Positions 59,452 to 64,000 of a stretch of DNA of 64,000 bases are shown piece after piece. The stretch lies in assembly GCA_963761335.1 (NCBI GenBank), contig CAVXGR010000006.1:9465-73464 (forward strand). The letters are read 5' to 3'. The first letter of the stretch is position 1; the number at the start of each line of letters is the position of its first letter. This stretch comes from an uncultured delta proteobacterium (lineage in GTDB: Bacteria; Desulfobacterota; Binatia; HRBIN30; BPIQ01). The notes beneath the pieces are model-generated. The model made no database searches. It saw nothing but the letters and a program-made list of their open reading frames with translations, and had not been told where the DNA came from. Made by a program: the position numbers and the translations under genes.

Positions 59452-60045
59452 ATGGGCGGAGTGAGCGGAGACGTGGAGAGGAGCGGCGTCACCGGGCGGC
59501 GGCACCGCTGGCGCTACTCGAGCTTCGAGCTCCTGCTGCTCGGGATGTTCGCGGCGCTGGTGGTCGCCTCTCATGTGGCGCTCCGGCTTCCGGTCCACAT
59601 GCCCGGGCATCAGGGAATCGTGTGGATGGCGCTGCTGGTGATCGCGCGCGCCGCGGTGCCGCGGCCTCTGGCCGCCAGCACCGCGGGAATGCTGAGCGGT
59701 CTGATGGCCGCTTTGGCCGGCATCGGCGATCACGGCCCGCTGATCACTTTTCTCTCCTACACGGCGGCCGGCGCCGGGGTCGACGCGGTGGCGCTGCTGG
59801 CCGGCGCACCCTCCGGCTGGCTGGCCTGTGCCCTTGCCGGGATGGTGGGCAACCTCGCCAAGCTCGGCGTCAAGACACTGCTGGAGATATGGATCGGAAT
59901 ACCGACGGGTTTCGTGGTGCTGGGGAGGCTCTATCCGGCGTTGACGCACATCGCCTTCGGCCTGGCGGGGGGGTATCTCGGATACCTCGCGTTGCGCGCT
60001 CTGCGGCGCGCCGGCTACTTCGACGTCCTGGCGGAAAAGCGCTGA
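59452..60045 (+). CDS. Putative ECF S component (substrate unknown)
   Basis: About six TM helices, A-x3-A in helix 1, LPVHMPGHQG loop; follows ecfA/ecfT. Confidence 0.75.
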   Translation: MGGVSGDVERSGVTGRRHRWRYSSFELLLLGMFAALVVASHVALRLPVHMPGHQGIVWMALLVIARAAVPRPLAASTAGMLSGLMAALAGIGDHGPLITFLSYTAAGAGVDAVALLAGAPSGWLACALAGMVGNLAKLGVKTLLEIWIGIPTGFVVLGRLYPALTHIAFGLAGGYLGYLALRALRRAGYFDVLAEKR

Positions 60046-60056
60046 TTGCGGCCACC

Positions 60057-61931
60057 ATGCTGACCGCGCTGGCGTCCACCGCACTCGCCGAGCCACCGCT
60101 GCGCCTGCCCGAGATCACCGTGGAGTCGACGCCGCTGGATCTCTACCTGCCGGCGCGCACCGAGATCCCGCGCCGGGAGCTGGTCGAGGAGTCGCAGCGC
60201 AGTGAGCTGTCGCAGGTCCTCGAGCTGGCCCCGGGAATCAACGTCCGCGAGGGAGGCCGTGGCGAGAAGCGCGTCGACGTGCGCGGCTTCGACCAGCGCG
60301 CCGTGCTCCTGACTCTCGACGGCGTGCCGGTCTACGAGCCCTACAACGGCATCGTCAACCTCGATCTCTTCCCGCTGGAGATGCTGCAGGGCGTCGAGAT
60401 CGACCGCGGCGCCTCCTCGGCTCTCTACGGCCCCAACGGTATGGCCGGAACCATCAAGATGAGCAGCTTCGCGCCGCGCGCGCCGCTCACCGGCGCCGTC
60501 TCGACTTTGTGGCGTGACTCCGACTACTGGGATGCACGCGCCAGCGGCGGCATTTCGCGTGATCGCCTGACGGCGGTGATCGCCGGGCGCTATCTCACCA
60601 GCCCGGGCTTTCCGCTCTCCGGTAGCTTCGACGATCGTCCGCAGAGCCGTCGCCGATTCGAGGACGGCGGGCTGCGCCTGAACAGCGATCGCGACGAGAA
60701 GAGCGGCTTTGCCAGCTTCGGCTATCGCTTCTCGGACCAGGGACGGCTGCACGGCGCCGTTCTCGGCTCCAGCGCCGAGTTCGGCCAACCGCCGAGCACG
60801 ACTACCTTCGCGCCGGTGTTTCGCCGCACCGATCGTCAGGAGCTCGGGCACGCGCAGATCGGCGTCGACGAGCGCCTCGCCCCCAATGTCGGGGCGAGTG
60901 CCGCCTTCTTCTATTCCTCCTACTCGACGCGCGAGAGCCAGTTCGACGGGCCCGACTTCACCAACCGCCTGCTCGGCACCGCCGCCGACAGCCGCGAGCT
61001 CGGCGGCATCGGCCACCTCAACCTCGACCTCGGCGCCCGCGACTCGCTGTCCGTCGGCGGCCTGGTGCGGCATGCCGACGCCGACATCTCCGATACGGTG
61101 AGTGGCGCGCTCGCCGCTCCCGATTTCACCACCGCCAGCGCCGCTGCCGAGAACGTCTTCCTGCTCACCGAGCGGCTGACGCTCGTCGTCGGTCTCAGCT
61201 ACGACGTGCAGACGGGCAACGGTCGCGGCACCGACTGGGAGCTGAGCCCGCAGGGAGGTCTCTCCGCCGACCTCGGCCGCTACGGCGTGGCGCGCGCCGC
61301 CATCAGCCGCAAGATCCGCTTCCCGACGCTGCGCGAGCTCTTCGATCCGGTGCAGGGGAATCCCAACCTGAGCGCCGAGCGTACGCTCACCTACGAGATC
61401 GGGCATCGCCTGCAGGCGGAGCGCTTCTATCTCGACACCAGCCTGTTCCGCAGCGAGGTCGACGGGCTCATCGAAGCGGAGGGCTCCGGCGACGAGGCGG
61501 TGGCCATCAACCTGCAGGATGCCGTGCAGCAGGGCGTCGAGCTCGCCGCGGGAGTGGCGCCGGTCGTCTTTGCGCGGCTCGACGTGAACTACACCTATCT
61601 CGATGCCGAGGCGCGGGACGCGCAGCGCGGCTTCTCGGAGATCCAGCACAAGCCGGCGCATCGCCTGAACAGCATCCTGCGCCTGTTTCTGCCGGAGCAC
61701 TTCCTGCTGCGCCTCGAGGGGCTCTACACGTCCGATCAGCTGGACCGCTTCGGCAGCGACGTGCGCGTCGGCGACTACGCCCTCTTCAACGCGCGCCTCT
61801 CCAAGGCTCTCGGCGAGCATCTCGATCTGTTCGCCGGCGTCGATAACCTCTTGGACGAGGACTACGAGGACAAGCTGGGAGCGCCGCGCCCCGGCCGCTG
61901 GAGCTACGCGGGGGTCCGCGCCAGGTACTGA
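60057..61931 (+). CDS. TonB-dependent receptor (BtuB/CirA-like); start uncertain
   Basis: EITVES TonB box, VRGF...LTLDG, EIDRGASSALYG, NPNL..E, NLLDEDY, C-terminal Tyr. Confidence 0.92.
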   Translation: MLTALASTALAEPPLRLPEITVESTPLDLYLPARTEIPRRELVEESQRSELSQVLELAPGINVREGGRGEKRVDVRGFDQRAVLLTLDGVPVYEPYNGIVNLDLFPLEMLQGVEIDRGASSALYGPNGMAGTIKMSSFAPRAPLTGAVSTLWRDSDYWDARASGGISRDRLTAVIAGRYLTSPGFPLSGSFDDRPQSRRRFEDGGLRLNSDRDEKSGFASFGYRFSDQGRLHGAVLGSSAEFGQPPSTTTFAPVFRRTDRQELGHAQIGVDERLAPNVGASAAFFYSSYSTRESQFDGPDFTNRLLGTAADSRELGGIGHLNLDLGARDSLSVGGLVRHADADISDTVSGALAAPDFTTASAAAENVFLLTERLTLVVGLSYDVQTGNGRGTDWELSPQGGLSADLGRYGVARAAISRKIRFPTLRELFDPVQGNPNLSAERTLTYEIGHRLQAERFYLDTSLFRSEVDGLIEAEGSGDEAVAINLQDAVQQGVELAAGVAPVVFARLDVNYTYLDAEARDAQRGFSEIQHKPAHRLNSILRLFLPEHFLLRLEGLYTSDQLDRFGSDVRVGDYALFNARLSKALGEHLDLFAGVDNLLDEDYEDKLGAPRPGRWSYAGVRARY

Positions 61932-61961
61932 AGATTCGGGATATGCACATCTGGTTCACCT

Positions 61962-62069
61962 GGTTCTCCATCACCGGTCACCGGTTTTTCATTCTACATT
62001 CTCCGGGACTCGGTCGGGACTCTCGAAGAGAATGTAAAATGCAAAACCGGTGACCGGTGATGGAGAACC
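61962..62069. repeat. Long inverted repeat with 42-bp arms (40/42 matching) and a 24-nt loop
   Basis: Arms at 61962-62003 and 62028-62069, compared by hand. Confidence 0.9.
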
Positions 62070-62082
62070 GGACAACGCGGAT

Positions 62083-62154
62083 GGGGACAGGCTACTTTTG
62101 CCCTGCGAAGTCGAACGACGGTGTCGATCTCGGCCGCAAAAGTTGCCTGTCCCC
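62083..62154. repeat. MITE/REP-like element with 19-bp terminal inverted repeats
   Basis: GGGGACAGGCTACTTTTGC...GCAAAAGTTGCCTGTCCCC, one mismatch. Confidence 0.8.
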
Positions 62155-62179
62155 TCCGGATGGTTCGGGAGGAGGAGAC

Positions 62180-63121
62180 ATGAAGAGATTGAAATGCTGC
62201 GCGCTGGTCATGGCAATGACTCTGGCTGCGCTGGTAGCGGGGTGCGGTGGCAACGGCGGGGGTCCGATAGCGACCACGGCGACCCCCACCGAGACGGCAA
62301 TAGCGACGGCGACCGAGGTGTCGACGCAGCCGCCAACCGCCACGTCCACCGCGGCGGAGGCGACCGAGACGGTGGCACCCGCGGCCAGCGAGACACCCAC
62401 GGGTCCGCCGCCGGCGACTCCCACCAGCACACCGACCGAGACCTCGAGCATCGCCGCCGCCGTGGCCCGCGACGCCGACGGCGTCGCCGTTCACTTGGGC
62501 GAGACGCTGACGGTCGAGGGCGTGGTCACGGTCTCGGCGGGCGTATTCGCCAACAACAAGCTCAAGATCTTCATCCAGGACGGCGACGTGGCGATCATGG
62601 TGTACCACCAGTCTTCCGCGGACGTCGACGCCTTCCAGGCCGGAGACCGCCTGCGCGCCACCGGCGTCATCCGCCAGGAGGATCCGACCTCCGACAGCAA
62701 TCCGGCCAAGGGAACAGTCGCGGTGGACATCACCTCCGGCTCCTGGGAGGTGCTGAGCGCCGGCAACCCGCTGCCGGCGGCGCAGCTCGTGACGCTCGCC
62801 GATCTCCAGGCCAACGGCGACGCCTTCACCGGAACGGTGGTGCGCGTCACCGGTGTGCGCAAGGTCGACGGCGACTGGCCGGCGCTCGGCAGCAAGAGCA
62901 CCCAGGTGACCGTCAGCGACGACGGCGGCGCCAGCACTGCGGTGCTGCGCCTGCAGCGCAACACCATCGACCCGGCGACGGTCTCGAAGGTCGAGGCCAT
63001 CGGCGACGGCGTCTTCGATCTCACCGGCATCGTCGTCCAGGACGACGGCACCGACGACGGCAAGCTGCTGAGCGGCTATGAGATCTGGATTCGCGGCGCC
63101 GACGACATCGACGCCGGCTAG
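62180..63121 (+). CDS. Lipoprotein with a Thr/Pro-rich linker and OB-fold-like domains
   Basis: GGAGGAG RBS, lipobox VAGC, TVEGVVT, FIQDG, GD.LRATG, LTGIV.Q. Confidence 0.75.
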   Translation: MKRLKCCALVMAMTLAALVAGCGGNGGGPIATTATPTETAIATATEVSTQPPTATSTAAEATETVAPAASETPTGPPPATPTSTPTETSSIAAAVARDADGVAVHLGETLTVEGVVTVSAGVFANNKLKIFIQDGDVAIMVYHQSSADVDAFQAGDRLRATGVIRQEDPTSDSNPAKGTVAVDITSGSWEVLSAGNPLPAAQLVTLADLQANGDAFTGTVVRVTGVRKVDGDWPALGSKSTQVTVSDDGGASTAVLRLQRNTIDPATVSKVEAIGDGVFDLTGIVVQDDGTDDGKLLSGYEIWIRGADDIDAG

Positions 63122-63280
63122 CGCCGGTTGATGCGGGCGTGGGCCCCCTCTCCCGCATTGCCTGCGGGAGAGGGACCTGGTGCCCGTGCGTCGAAATCAA
63201 ACTGACGCACTACCCGCCATTCCTACGTATTGACACGGCTCCGATCCGGGTCATAGTCCGCTCCGGAAAAGGAGGAGTCT

Positions 63281-63568
63281 ATGTCCAGAAAAGTCGTGGG
63301 TCGCTCTGCGCGCGTTGGCTTGGTCGTCTTCGTGTTTGCCGCCGGGTTCTTCGTCGGCTCGGTCAGCGAGCGGCGCGCCGACGCGCAGCTGGGTGAGATG
63401 GGGAAGCAGATGGGCAAGGATATGATGCAGAAGGCCGGCGAGGGCGGCGGTGTTCTCGGCACCGCGGTTCAGCTCGGCAACGCCATCGTCGACATGCAGC
63501 AGAACGTGGACAGCCTGCAGAAGAACATCAACGTGCTGAAGAAGGTGAAGGAGAGCCTCGGCGGCTGA
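63281..63568 (+). CDS. Small exported helical hypothetical protein
   Basis: AGGAGG RBS, signal peptide ending ADA|Q, coiled-coil-like C-terminus. Confidence 0.75.
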   Translation: MSRKVVGRSARVGLVVFVFAAGFFVGSVSERRADAQLGEMGKQMGKDMMQKAGEGGGVLGTAVQLGNAIVDMQQNVDSLQKNINVLKKVKESLGG

Positions 63569-63735
63569 GCCCCTGCGCTGCGGGCGATGCAGCTCCGCGG
63601 TAATCCGAAGCGCGAGACGAGGCGTCGGCTGCATTCTCACGAGTGCCAACAGGCGGGGGAAATCGAGGCGGTCGCGCCGCGAAAGCGCCATGGTATGGCA
63701 GTTGCTCCGACCCAGCTTGGGTAGGAGGGTTTATC

Positions 63736-64000
63736 ATGGCCAAGAAGATGACTGCGACGAAGTCGATCGAGGCTGCGATCGACGAAGGGGCGACGACTGT
63801 GGAGGAGATCCACAAGTCGATCGCCGAGCTGCCGCTCAAGGTTCTCGAGGAGAGCGGTGTGCTGCGAAAGCCGGCGAGGGAGATGAGGCGGGCCCAGCAG
63901 CGTGCCATCGGGGCCGTCTACGAGCTCATTCGCAAGGTCAACCACGAGGTCGGCTCCTACGCTTCGAGCATGCTGGCCAAGGAGTCCGCATCCAGGCCCG
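63736..64000 (+). CDS. Hypothetical helical protein MAKKMTATKSIEAAIDEGATTVEEIHKSIA..., cut by the window end
   Basis: AGGAGG RBS; frame open to the edge. Confidence 0.7.
   Translation, partial: MAKKMTATKSIEAAIDEGATTVEEIHKSIAELPLKVLEESGVLRKPAREMRRAQQRAIGAVYELIRKVNHEVGSYASSMLAKESASRP

Overview
High-GC bacterial window, probably from a diderm (it encodes a TonB-dependent receptor and several lipoproteins). It holds about 55 CDSs. I saw no rRNA, tRNA, CRISPR array or transposase. Ordinary content: alkyl- and arylsulfatases, TauD, an M1 peptidase, a two-component pair, GST, a B-family (ba3-type) heme-copper oxidase operon, alkA/ogt, pntAA-AB-B and an APC permease. Three loci stand out. (1) 31.9-36.8 kb: a PqqD/RRE domain fused to a twin-arginine-like leader and a (Ser-Pro)12 tail, beside an HprK-like kinase/prolyl-hydroxylase-like fusion, an HprK-like kinase/sulfotransferase-like fusion and a stand-alone sulfotransferase-like gene. 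This is a candidate modification system for an extensin-like peptide. (2) 14.6-17.7 kb: a 53-aa ORF missing from the ORF track, with its own promoter and RBS, ahead of a HEXXH peptide-modification protein, a methyltransferase and an Asp/Asn beta-hydroxylase-like gene. This is a candidate RiPP cluster with no radical SAM enzyme in the window. (3) 55.5-61.9 kb: an operon of a PadR/molybdate-binding-like regulator, a TiaS-like protein, an ECF transporter and a TonB-dependent receptor. Also present: a frameshifted diheme cytochrome c-rhodanese fusion, a double-deletion scar, and several palindromic repeat families. All calls come from reading motifs by eye; no searches were run.
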